Below are positions 28,396-37,165 of a DNA stretch of 64,000 nt, piece by piece (within the stretch, counting starts at the first letter, position 1; each line of letters starts with the position of its first letter). The notes below the pieces were generated by a model that had not been told where the DNA came from, searched no databases, and saw only the letters and a list, made by a program, of their open reading frames with translations. The position numbers and the translations under genes were made by a program. The DNA comes from Rickettsiales bacterium (GTDB taxonomy: Bacteria; Pseudomonadota; Alphaproteobacteria; Methylaequorales; Methylaequoraceae), in the NCBI GenBank assembly GCA_002689325.1, contig NZFP01000009.1:2587-66586 (forward strand), written 5' to 3'.

Positions 28396-29529
28396 TTGAA
28401 AAAAAAAATAATAAATGTTTGTGAACCACTTATTTCCCAAAGTGCAAAAAAATATTTAAATGAATGTATTCAAACAGAATGGATCTCTTCGTCTGGGAGG
28501 TTTCTTGATTTATTTGAAAGGAAATGGGCAAAGTATTGTGATGCGAAAGATGGTGTAGCTGTTTCAAACGGAACTAGTGCACTTCAAGTTGCTTTTAAAA
28601 GCTTAGATCTAAAGCCTGGAGATGAGGTTATAATGCCATCATTTACAATTATTTCTTGTGCAATGGCAATAATTGAGGCTGGGGGTAAACCCATACTAGT
28701 TGATTGTTATTCTGATAACTGGTGTATGAATATTGATGAAGTAAAAAAAAAAATATCTAATAAAACAAAGGCAATATTAGTTGTTCATATGTTTGGTCAT
28801 CCTGTTGAGATGGATGAAATATTAAAGTTAGTAAAAAAGAATAACCTATTTTTAATAGAAGATGCTGCTGAAGCTCATGGAGCAACTTATAAAAAAAAAA
28901 AAGTAGGATCATTTGGAGATCTTGCGTGTTTCAGCTTTTATGCTAACAAATTAATAACAACGGGTGAAGGAGGAATGGTTGTTTCAAATAATAAAAAACT
29001 TACAGAAAAAGTAAGGTCGTTGAGAAATTTGGCTTTTAGAAATGATAGAAGGTTCTATCATACAGAAATTGGTTACAATTACAGATTAACAAATATGCAG
29101 GCTGCAATTGGTATAAGCCAAATTGAAAATTTAAAGAAACATATAAAAATTAAAAGAACTAATACCAATTTTTATAACAAAATTTTAAATGAAATGTCTT
29201 TACCACTGAGATTACCATTAGAGAAAAATAATGTGATGAGCGTTTATTGGATGTATGGAATAATAATTGAAAATAAAACTTTTAATGCGAAGTTTTTAGC
29301 AACAAAACTTTGGGAACAAGGAATTGAAACAAGACCATTATTTCTAGGTATGCATCAACAGCCAATTTTTAAAAAAATGAATTTATTTAAAAATGAAAAA
29401 TATCCCGTAACTGAAGAACTTGCCGAATATGGGCTTTATCTCCCATCAGGCCTTAAACTAAAAAAAAAAGATATTATTAGAGTATGCAAAACCGTAAAAA
29501 AGATCTTCAATGAAAACAAGAAAAAATAA
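28396..29529 (+). CDS. DegT/DnrJ/EryC1/StrS aminotransferase (perosamine synthase-like)
   Basis: NGTSAL, IEDAAEAHG, FSFYANKLITTGEGG, GYNYR. Confidence 0.9.
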   Translation: MKKKIINVCEPLISQSAKKYLNECIQTEWISSSGRFLDLFERKWAKYCDAKDGVAVSNGTSALQVAFKSLDLKPGDEVIMPSFTIISCAMAIIEAGGKPILVDCYSDNWCMNIDEVKKKISNKTKAILVVHMFGHPVEMDEILKLVKKNNLFLIEDAAEAHGATYKKKKVGSFGDLACFSFYANKLITTGEGGMVVSNNKKLTEKVRSLRNLAFRNDRRFYHTEIGYNYRLTNMQAAIGISQIENLKKHIKIKRTNTNFYNKILNEMSLPLRLPLEKNNVMSVYWMYGIIIENKTFNAKFLATKLWEQGIETRPLFLGMHQQPIFKKMNLFKNEKYPVTEELAEYGLYLPSGLKLKKKDIIRVCKTVKKIFNENKKK

Positions 29530-30283
29530 TATTTTCAAAGAAGTTTATTCTGATTATTATGATCTTATTTACAAAAGAAAAGACTATAGAAATGAATGTC
29601 AGAGAATTCTAAACTTTTTAAAAAAAAAAAAAGTCAACAAGGTACTTGAAATAGGTTGTGGCACATGTAGTCACTCAATAATATTAGCCAAAGAAAATTT
29701 TCAAATAGTTGGTATTGATAGCTCCGAAGAAATGCTGAAAGTAGCTAAAAAAAAAATTTTACATCACAAAGTATCAAATATTCAGTTAATCAAGGGAAAT
29801 GCAGAAAAAATTAACAAATTCATTCATGAAAAATTCGACGTTGTACTTATTTTATTCAATGTAGTTGGTTATTTAAGTAATTTAGAATCGTTTATTAATA
29901 AGATTAGAAATTTTTTAAATACCAACTCTACCCTAATCTTTGATTTTTGGCATCAGGAAGCAATTGAATTGAGTGGTCCGAGAAAGACAACAAAAATTTT
30001 TAAGAGAGATGATTCTGAACTTGAAAGAATATCTCAGGGAGTGATAAATAGTAAAAAAAAAATAGTAGAAATTAAAGTTGAATGTTCAATTTTTAAAAAT
30101 AAAAAATTTATTGGAAAAGCTACGGAAGTTCATGAACTTAGATACTACTGTGTAGACTACTTGAGGAAAATAATTACAAAAAATGGGTTTAAGATTGAAA
30201 AATTTGAGGATTTCAAAACAAAAAATATAGGTCCACAAAAAAAAAATTGGAGTGCGTATTGTGTCGCTAAGTTTTTAGGGTAA
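29510..30283 (+). CDS. Class I SAM-dependent methyltransferase
   Basis: YYDLIY..KDY, VLEIGCGT, GIDSS. Confidence 0.85.
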   Translation: MKTRKNNIFKEVYSDYYDLIYKRKDYRNECQRILNFLKKKKVNKVLEIGCGTCSHSIILAKENFQIVGIDSSEEMLKVAKKKILHHKVSNIQLIKGNAEKINKFIHEKFDVVLILFNVVGYLSNLESFINKIRNFLNTNSTLIFDFWHQEAIELSGPRKTTKIFKRDDSELERISQGVINSKKKIVEIKVECSIFKNKKFIGKATEVHELRYYCVDYLRKIITKNGFKIEKFEDFKTKNIGPQKKNWSAYCVAKFLG

Positions 30284-30303
30284 TATTTTGTTCTTTTATA
30301 GCA

Positions 30304-31536
30304 ATGAAAATAAAAAATTGTAGATTTTGCAACTCCAGGGATTTAAAACTTTTTTTAGATCTTGGAAGTTGCCCACCCGCAGATCAGTTTTTAAAAACTC
30401 CTTACTCAATAAATAAAGCTAAGAAATATCCTCTACAAGTTGTAGTTTGCAAAAGTTGTGGGTTGGTCCAACTAAATTACACGTGCCCAGGTGAAATTCT
30501 ATATCAACAAGACTATCCTTACGAGTCAGATATTACAAAAGAAGGAAGAAGTCATTGGAAAACATTCGCTGAAGATGTTGTTAAAAGATTTAAATTAAAT
30601 AAAAATGATTTGGTTATTGATATTGGTAGCAATGTTGGTGAACTTTTAATCAATTTTTTAAATTGCGGGACAAAGGTTTATGGAATTGATCCTGCCAAGA
30701 ATATTGCTAACAAAGCAATCAAAAGGGGGGTACCTACAATAAAAAAATTTTTTAATAAATCAATTATCAAATATTTGAAAAAAAATAAAATTTATCCAAA
30801 AGTAATCACTGGAACGAATGTATTTGCTCACTTAGACGATATTGAAGGATGTGTAAGTGTTATAAAAGAGATTTTACTTTTTGATGGTTTATTGATAATA
30901 GAAGCTCCTTATCTAAGAAATCTCATCTCTGGTCTTGAATATGATACAATTTACCATGAACACCTAACCTACTTATCACTGCATCCAATGAAAAAGTTGT
31001 TTAAAAAGTATGAGATGGAAATTTTTGATGTTCAGTTTAAGGATATTCATGGAGGATCAATAAGAGTATTCGTAAAACATAAAGATGGGCCATTTAAGAC
31101 ATCTACCTCAATTAAAAAAATTGAACACAGAGAGACTATAGAAAAACTTAATTCTATTTCTACACTTAAAAATTTTTCTACAAATGTAAAAAAACATGCG
31201 ATTGAATTAAAAAAATTATTAAGAAAATTAAAGTCTCAAAAAAAAAGAATTGCATGTGTGGGTGCACCTGCTAAAGGTATGACTCTTTTAAACTATAATA
31301 AAATTGATAATAATTTGATAGATTTTGTGACTGAAGTTTCGCAGTTAAAAATTAATAAATATTGTCCTGGCACAGAATTAAAAATAGTTAACGATTATAA
31401 GCTTATTGATGAAAATATTGACTATGCATTAATTTTGCCCTGGAATTTTAAAAATGAAATAATGCAGAATCTTAAAGATTTTAAAAAAAAAGGTGGACAA
31501 TTTATCATTCCCTTTCCAAAAATAGAGATTATTTAA
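30304..31536 (+). CDS. NDP-hexose C-methyltransferase-type protein
   Basis: Zn-binding CRFC...CKSCGLVQL, DIGSN, TIYHEH, HGGSIR, GAPAKG. Confidence 0.85.
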   Translation: MKIKNCRFCNSRDLKLFLDLGSCPPADQFLKTPYSINKAKKYPLQVVVCKSCGLVQLNYTCPGEILYQQDYPYESDITKEGRSHWKTFAEDVVKRFKLNKNDLVIDIGSNVGELLINFLNCGTKVYGIDPAKNIANKAIKRGVPTIKKFFNKSIIKYLKKNKIYPKVITGTNVFAHLDDIEGCVSVIKEILLFDGLLIIEAPYLRNLISGLEYDTIYHEHLTYLSLHPMKKLFKKYEMEIFDVQFKDIHGGSIRVFVKHKDGPFKTSTSIKKIEHRETIEKLNSISTLKNFSTNVKKHAIELKKLLRKLKSQKKRIACVGAPAKGMTLLNYNKIDNNLIDFVTEVSQLKINKYCPGTELKIVNDYKLIDENIDYALILPWNFKNEIMQNLKDFKKKGGQFIIPFPKIEII

Positions 31537-31542
31537 AAAAAA

Positions 31543-31917
31543 ATGATAATAAAAAAAATTAAAGATAACTTTGAAGATCATAGGGGGGCAATAAGAGATA
31601 TTATTGCTAAAGAAAGAATTGATTTTGTGACGATTATTTCAAACAAAAAAGGCGCTGTAAGAGGTAATCACTATCATAAAGAAACTGTTCAATATCTTTA
31701 TGTTTTAGAAGGGTCAATTTTAGTTGCATCCCAGTTTGAAGGTCAGGAGCTAAAAAAACAAATTCTATCTGAGGGAGATCTTCTTCAGAACGAAGCATTG
31801 GAGCATCATGCCATTGAATCACTGGAAGATAGCAAACTTTTAATTTTGACTAGGGGCCCTAGAGGAGGTGATGATTATGAGTCCGACACCTTTAAACTTG
31901 ATAAACCTCTTCTTTAG
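31543..31917 (+). CDS. Cupin protein (sugar isomerase/epimerase-like)
   Basis: DHRG, VRGNHYHK..Q cupin motif. Confidence 0.8.
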   Translation: MIIKKIKDNFEDHRGAIRDIIAKERIDFVTIISNKKGAVRGNHYHKETVQYLYVLEGSILVASQFEGQELKKQILSEGDLLQNEALEHHAIESLEDSKLLILTRGPRGGDDYESDTFKLDKPLL

Positions 31918-32657
31918 AAAAACTTCATTTTTTTGATATGTTTCCATAACCTTTTCAAACCTTTGGGAGCGTTAGTTTTTCTTCGTTTAGGCCATTTCCG
32001 AGTAGGATCTAAAATTGTTCGGTCTAAACCAATATCCTTGACTGCTGGGTCTTCAATTATTACTGTGTAGAAGCCTTTTTTTTTATACTCCACACCGATA
32101 TCAAGTTCATTCTTAAATCTTTCGTATCCACCAATTAGCTTATAATCTTCCATTCTTTTAATTCCTGGCCGGAACGAAAAATAACCCCATTCCCAGCCAG
32201 GCTTACAAAATACTTTTCTAAAGCCAATATTACTTCCACTGATTTTATTTAATGGGCCATAACTAAAAATATCTAATCTGCTTGCACTTTCTTTACTTTC
32301 AAGCCAAACCTGAATTATCTTTTGATCTGTTTGAAGAATTCTTAAAGAGTCTTCAATAAATCCACTTCTAGTGTAAACCCAATCATCTTCACAATGAAAA
32401 ATAAAAGGAGTTTTTACTTTTTTATAAGTATCTACTATTGACTGAATCTGACCTTTTTTATTTCTATTAAAAATAAGTTTTAATTTCCCACCCCATTTAT
32501 TTTCTATGTGCTCATAAACATTTAAGTCAACTGAATCCTCTACCAAAAATAGGTTTTCTAATTCATATGAGTTTTTTTTAAAAAAACTTTCTAAGGTTGG
32601 ATCTAAAAGATCAACTCTTCCACAGCTAGTTAATACAAAAGTTACTTTATTTTTCAT
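31914..32657 (-). CDS. GT-A glycosyltransferase
   Basis: LTSCGR.DLL..TL.SF and FHCEDDW motifs. Confidence 0.75.
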   Translation of the reverse strand: MKNKVTFVLTSCGRVDLLDPTLESFFKKNSYELENLFLVEDSVDLNVYEHIENKWGGKLKLIFNRNKKGQIQSIVDTYKKVKTPFIFHCEDDWVYTRSGFIEDSLRILQTDQKIIQVWLESKESASRLDIFSYGPLNKISGSNIGFRKVFCKPGWEWGYFSFRPGIKRMEDYKLIGGYERFKNELDIGVEYKKKGFYTVIIEDPAVKDIGLDRTILDPTRKWPKRRKTNAPKGLKRLWKHIKKMKFF

Positions 32658-32736
32658 AATATAATAATCATTTTATCCGACTGTTGGTATTTTGATTAGA
32701 AGCATTCTACTTAATTTTAGAATCGTTATAAAAATT

Positions 32737-33453
32737 TCAAATGTTAAAGTGAATTTTTTTATTATTATTTTTAGAAAAGAAATATGTCCACCCATAAATA
32801 GATACTAATGAATATTTTTTATCTAGGAAGTATTTATAAATTTTATTAGATAAGGGTGGGCAATTTTTATCGTGAATTTCTATAGACACTAGGTCAGGAC
32901 TGAATTTATTTAGTGAGAATCCATTAAGAGTATTCATTTCATTTCCCTCAACATCAATATTCAGATAATTAATTTGGTTAACTTTAAATTTCTTTAAAAC
33001 CGAATCAAGCGTAAGTTGCTGAATTTTTAAAATCTCAGGTTTTTTATTAACACTTTTTTGAGTGTACTTCTTAAATTTTTCATCAACAGTATTCATCGAG
33101 CAATTATCGTAAAATATGTATGAATTAACAATTTTTTCTTGGTTACCAATAGAAACATTCAAACTTATATCTCTAGGTCGAATGAATTTATTTAAATTTA
33201 TTGCTCTTTTTGATATATCTACGTTAATTCCACTCCACCCTTTTTTATACAGGAGATAAGTTAATGAAGAATTTTTTGGTAAATTACAACCTATATCAAC
33301 ATAAAAGCCTTTTTTAACATCCTTAAAAAAAAAATTTATAAAAAGGTCTTCACCAAAGTTTTCTGAATATGATTTCTTATATTTTCCAAAATAATTTGTT
33401 ACTAAATCATAAAAAAATAAAGATTTTATTTTTTTTCTAAACTTTTTAAACAC
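32737..33453 (-). CDS. FkbM family methyltransferase
   Basis: YSENFGED, FYVDIGCN, LNIDVEGNE. Confidence 0.85.
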   Translation of the reverse strand: MFKKFRKKIKSLFFYDLVTNYFGKYKKSYSENFGEDLFINFFFKDVKKGFYVDIGCNLPKNSSLTYLLYKKGWSGINVDISKRAINLNKFIRPRDISLNVSIGNQEKIVNSYIFYDNCSMNTVDEKFKKYTQKSVNKKPEILKIQQLTLDSVLKKFKVNQINYLNIDVEGNEMNTLNGFSLNKFSPDLVSIEIHDKNCPPLSNKIYKYFLDKKYSLVSIYGWTYFFSKNNNKKIHFNI

Positions 33454-33624
33454 TTTTTTTTCCCATGTTATTATACTGTACTAAAAAATAATATTCCTAA
33501 AAATTAAATTTTAATAAGATTTGAGATATGGTTTTAATTTTGTAAGTTTTTAATTATCCAAAAACAAAGTATAAAATTTTAAACTTAATTATACCAATTT
33601 TACCTAACGCCCTTAAAAAAAATT

Positions 33625-34266
33625 ATGTCAATTAATGACTTTAAAAAAACCAAACAATGGCACAAAGATTTTAAAACTTTAGGATACAACCCAAAGTTAA
33701 TTTTCAAAAAAGCAAAAACGAAGTTTGAAATTTTATTTTCTCTTAGTTTTTTTTTAGTAATAATGGCGTCAGAAATATTGTTAAATCAACCAATTAAAAA
33801 AAAAATAAACATTATTCACAATAATTTTCTTTATAAATTAATAAGCAAAAATAGCAAAAAAGTTGACAGAGTTGAAACTAATTCATTTAGCTTTAGTCTT
33901 TTTATGATTCTACAAAAATTATTTAAAGAAGAAGATACATTTGAAAAATATGCTGACGAAATTATAAACTTCTCAATTTGTCACTGGTCAAAAATTCAAA
34001 AAATAAGTGATGAACAATATTTGCAAAAAATGGATAATATCCTGAAGTTATGGAATAAAAATAAACCTATAGTTTTTTCTAAGATTGATTCTTCTAAAAT
34101 TGATTTAATAATTTTGCTATATAAAAGTTTTGAAGTTGGTATTGGAGATAAGGAGATTATAAAAAAAAATATTGCTGTATTAGGATTTTCTATAAGCAAA
34201 GTATTCAAAGAATTTAGATATGATGTTATAGATGAATTTAAAAAAAAAGAAAAAATAATTAGATAA
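33625..34266 (+). CDS. Hypothetical protein
   Basis: 213-aa ORF; no recognised motif. Confidence 0.55.
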   Translation: MSINDFKKTKQWHKDFKTLGYNPKLIFKKAKTKFEILFSLSFFLVIMASEILLNQPIKKKINIIHNNFLYKLISKNSKKVDRVETNSFSFSLFMILQKLFKEEDTFEKYADEIINFSICHWSKIQKISDEQYLQKMDNILKLWNKNKPIVFSKIDSSKIDLIILLYKSFEVGIGDKEIIKKNIAVLGFSISKVFKEFRYDVIDEFKKKEKIIR

Positions 34267-34307
34267 TGTAGATTTACTTATCTACTTATATTCTTTATAT
34301 TCTTATT

Positions 34308-34436
34308 ATGTCAAATAATGAAAGTGGTTGTGGTTGTGGTCGTTCACCGACTGGAACATGCATAGGCTGGCATGCTCTAAGTGAAGAAGAGTATCAAAAA
34401 AAGCTCGCTCTTTATAAAAAGAAAATGAAAAAATAA
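34308..34436 (+). CDS. Small Cys/His protein, CDGSH-like (MSNNESGCGCGRSPTGTCIGWHALSEEEYQKKLALYKKKMKK); not in ORF track
   Basis: 42-aa ORF in an otherwise empty gap, locally GC-rich, with a C-x-C-x2-S-x4-C-x-G-x-H motif. Confidence 0.75.
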   Translation: MSNNESGCGCGRSPTGTCIGWHALSEEEYQKKLALYKKKMKK

Positions 34437-34477
34437 CTTTTCAGATTTCATAAATTATAAAATAAATATTTATAGAT

Positions 34478-35674
34478 TTGTTAACAATAAAAAGCTTTTA
34501 CATGTTTTTAAAAAATTATTTTTTAATACTTCTAATTTTCCTATCAAGCAATATTCCTATGGCTCAAGATAAATTTAGTAATTTTAAAAAATATCCAAAA
34601 ACGAATCAAAAGTTCAAGCTAGTAAAAGTCACCGAAAAATTGAATTATCCATGGGGGATGACTTTTATTGATAAGGAACACCTATTAGTTACAGAAAAAA
34701 ATGGCAGATTATTAAAAATTAATATTAAAACTGGATTAAAAAAGGAAATCAAACATGAAATTCAAAGTATAAAGTTTAAAAATGAAAAAAAAATATCAAC
34801 CCAACAAGGTGGATTACTTGATGTTCTTTATGATAATGGATGGGTTTATTTTAGTTACAGTCACACTTTCGAAAAAAATAACCTAGATGATCGTAGCTCT
34901 GGTAGATTTTCTAGTACTGCAATAGCCAGAGGAATTTTAAAAGATGATAAGATTTTAAATTTAAAGGTTTTATTCATTGCTAAACCAAAGCTTATTTCTG
35001 GAAAGCATTTTGGCTCAAGAATGGTTATTAAAGACGAGTTTATTTTTGCAAGTTTTGGTGATAGAGGCCTTGGTATGATTGCTCAAGATCCTGAAAAGCA
35101 CCACGGAAGCATAATAAGAATTAAAACTGATGGTTCCATACCATCTGATAATCCAAAAGCAAAAGGAAAAAAAAACTGGCTTTCAGAGATTTATCAAATT
35201 GGATTACGTAACCCGCAGGGAATGACTATTAACCCTAACAATAACAGAATTTATTTTTCTAACCATGGGCCTCGAGGTGGTGATTCTATTGGTGTAATAA
35301 AATTTGGAGGAAACTATGGTTGGAAAGAAATTGCTTGGGGTGGGACCGAATATATTGGAACAAAAATTGGAAAATCAGCTCTTAATAATATTTATGATGA
35401 CCCAGTTAAAATTTGGGTTCCCTCAATTGGTGCTGGAAACTTAACATTTTATAATGGAAAAACTTTTCCTGATTGGCAGGGTGATCTTTTAGTAACAGCA
35501 ACTGGATCAAAAATGTTGGTAAGAATAAACTTTGACAATGAAAAAGTCATAGGAGAAGAATTTATTCTTAAAGATGAAATTGGAAGAGTTAGAGATCTTG
35601 AAGTTGATATTGACGGAGACATTTATTTGATTAGCGATGAATTCAACTCCAAACTCTGGAAAATAACTAAGTAA
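34478..35674 (+). CDS. PQQ-dependent sugar (glucose/sorbosone) dehydrogenase
   Basis: LNYPWGMTF, QGGLLDV, HFGSR, GLRNPQG, HGPRGGD, GRVRD. Confidence 0.9.
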   Translation: MLTIKSFYMFLKNYFLILLIFLSSNIPMAQDKFSNFKKYPKTNQKFKLVKVTEKLNYPWGMTFIDKEHLLVTEKNGRLLKINIKTGLKKEIKHEIQSIKFKNEKKISTQQGGLLDVLYDNGWVYFSYSHTFEKNNLDDRSSGRFSSTAIARGILKDDKILNLKVLFIAKPKLISGKHFGSRMVIKDEFIFASFGDRGLGMIAQDPEKHHGSIIRIKTDGSIPSDNPKAKGKKNWLSEIYQIGLRNPQGMTINPNNNRIYFSNHGPRGGDSIGVIKFGGNYGWKEIAWGGTEYIGTKIGKSALNNIYDDPVKIWVPSIGAGNLTFYNGKTFPDWQGDLLVTATGSKMLVRINFDNEKVIGEEFILKDEIGRVRDLEVDIDGDIYLISDEFNSKLWKITK

Positions 35675-35716
35675 TGTATAATTCAATTCTTTATTTATTA
35701 GATAAAATATTTCTGA

Positions 35717-37165
35717 TTAATAAGGTAGGTTACTTTTACCCATTAAAAACTGATCAACTGAGTGAGCAACTTGTCTTCCCTCTCTAATTGCCCAAACCAC
35801 AAGAGATTGTCCTCTTCTCATATCCCCCGAAACAAATATTTTTTTTTGATTAGTTTTATAGTCAAAATCGTTAGCTTTAACATTTCCACGATCATCAAGA
35901 TCTAAACCTAGTTTTTCAATTAGTTTGTCTTTTTTCGGATGAAGGAATCCCATTGCTAAAAGAACAAGATCGGTTTTAATATCTATCTCAGAATGACTAC
36001 CACTTAAATCTTTTAATTCTAGTTGACCATTTTTATTTCTTTCCCATTTTACCTTTTTTAACCTAAGAGAACTTACTTTGTTTTTATATCCTTCAAATAG
36101 TTTTGTGGAAACACTCCAATTTCTTGACACACCTTCCTCATGTGAACTTGATGTTCTCAATTTGAGAGGCCAGTTTGGCCATGTCAAAAGTTTGTTTTCT
36201 TTTTCTGGAGGTTTGTCTAGAATTTCTAACTGTGTGACTGATTTTGCTCCTTGACGATTTGAAGTACCTATGCAATCAGAGCCTGTATCACCTCCGCCTA
36301 TAACAACTACATGCTTATCTTTTGCTGATATTTTTTCTTTATCCTGTATTTTATCACCTTCACACATTTTATTTTGAAGAGTTAAAAAATCCATTGCAAA
36401 ATGAATTCCATCTAATTGTCGTCCAGGTATATTTAAATCTCTTGGTTCCTCTGAGCCACATGCAAGAACAATCGCATCAAATTCATTTAGAATTTCTTTT
36501 GCGTCAATATTTTCTCCAATATGGCTATCACATTTAAACTCTACACCTTCTTCTTGCATTTGAACTATTCGTTTATCTATATAATGCTTTTCCATTTTGA
36601 AATTAGGAATACCATATCTAAGTAAACCACCAGCTCTGTCATTTTTTTCAAAAACAGTAACCGTATGACCAGCCCTAGCGAGTTGCTGTGCACTTGCTAA
36701 ACCTGCAGGTCCAGATCCTACCACCGCAATCTTTTTGTCAGTTTTATTTTTATTAATTTCTGGAACAACCCAACCCATCTCATAACCTTTATCAATAATT
36801 GATCTTTCAATACTTTTAATTGCAACAGGGTTATCTTCAATATTTAGTGTACACGATGCTTCACATGGAGCTGGACAAATTCTTCCAGTAAATTCAGGGA
36901 AATTATTCGTTGAGTGAAGTGTTTTTAAAGCATTTTCCCAATCCTCATCATAAACTAATTCATTCCATTCAGGTATGATATTATTAACTGGACAAGAGCT
37001 GTGGCAATAGGGAATTCCACAATTCATACATCTTGAAGCTTGTTGATTTAAAACCTTGCTAGAGTAGGGGATGATGAATTCTTTAAAGTTTTTTACCCTC
37101 GTTTTAGGGGAAACTAATTTATTCTCAGCTCTATCATGTTCTAAAAAACCAGTTACTTTTCCCAT
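35717..37165 (-). CDS. gltD: Glutamate synthase small subunit
   Basis: RCMNCGIPYC, NNFPEFTGRICPAPCE, GSGPAG, GDMRRGQSLVVWAI. Confidence 0.95.
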   Translation of the reverse strand: MGKVTGFLEHDRAENKLVSPKTRVKNFKEFIIPYSSKVLNQQASRCMNCGIPYCHSSCPVNNIIPEWNELVYDEDWENALKTLHSTNNFPEFTGRICPAPCEASCTLNIEDNPVAIKSIERSIIDKGYEMGWVVPEINKNKTDKKIAVVGSGPAGLASAQQLARAGHTVTVFEKNDRAGGLLRYGIPNFKMEKHYIDKRIVQMQEEGVEFKCDSHIGENIDAKEILNEFDAIVLACGSEEPRDLNIPGRQLDGIHFAMDFLTLQNKMCEGDKIQDKEKISAKDKHVVVIGGGDTGSDCIGTSNRQGAKSVTQLEILDKPPEKENKLLTWPNWPLKLRTSSSHEEGVSRNWSVSTKLFEGYKNKVSSLRLKKVKWERNKNGQLELKDLSGSHSEIDIKTDLVLLAMGFLHPKKDKLIEKLGLDLDDRGNVKANDFDYKTNQKKIFVSGDMRRGQSLVVWAIREGRQVAHSVDQFLMGKSNLPY

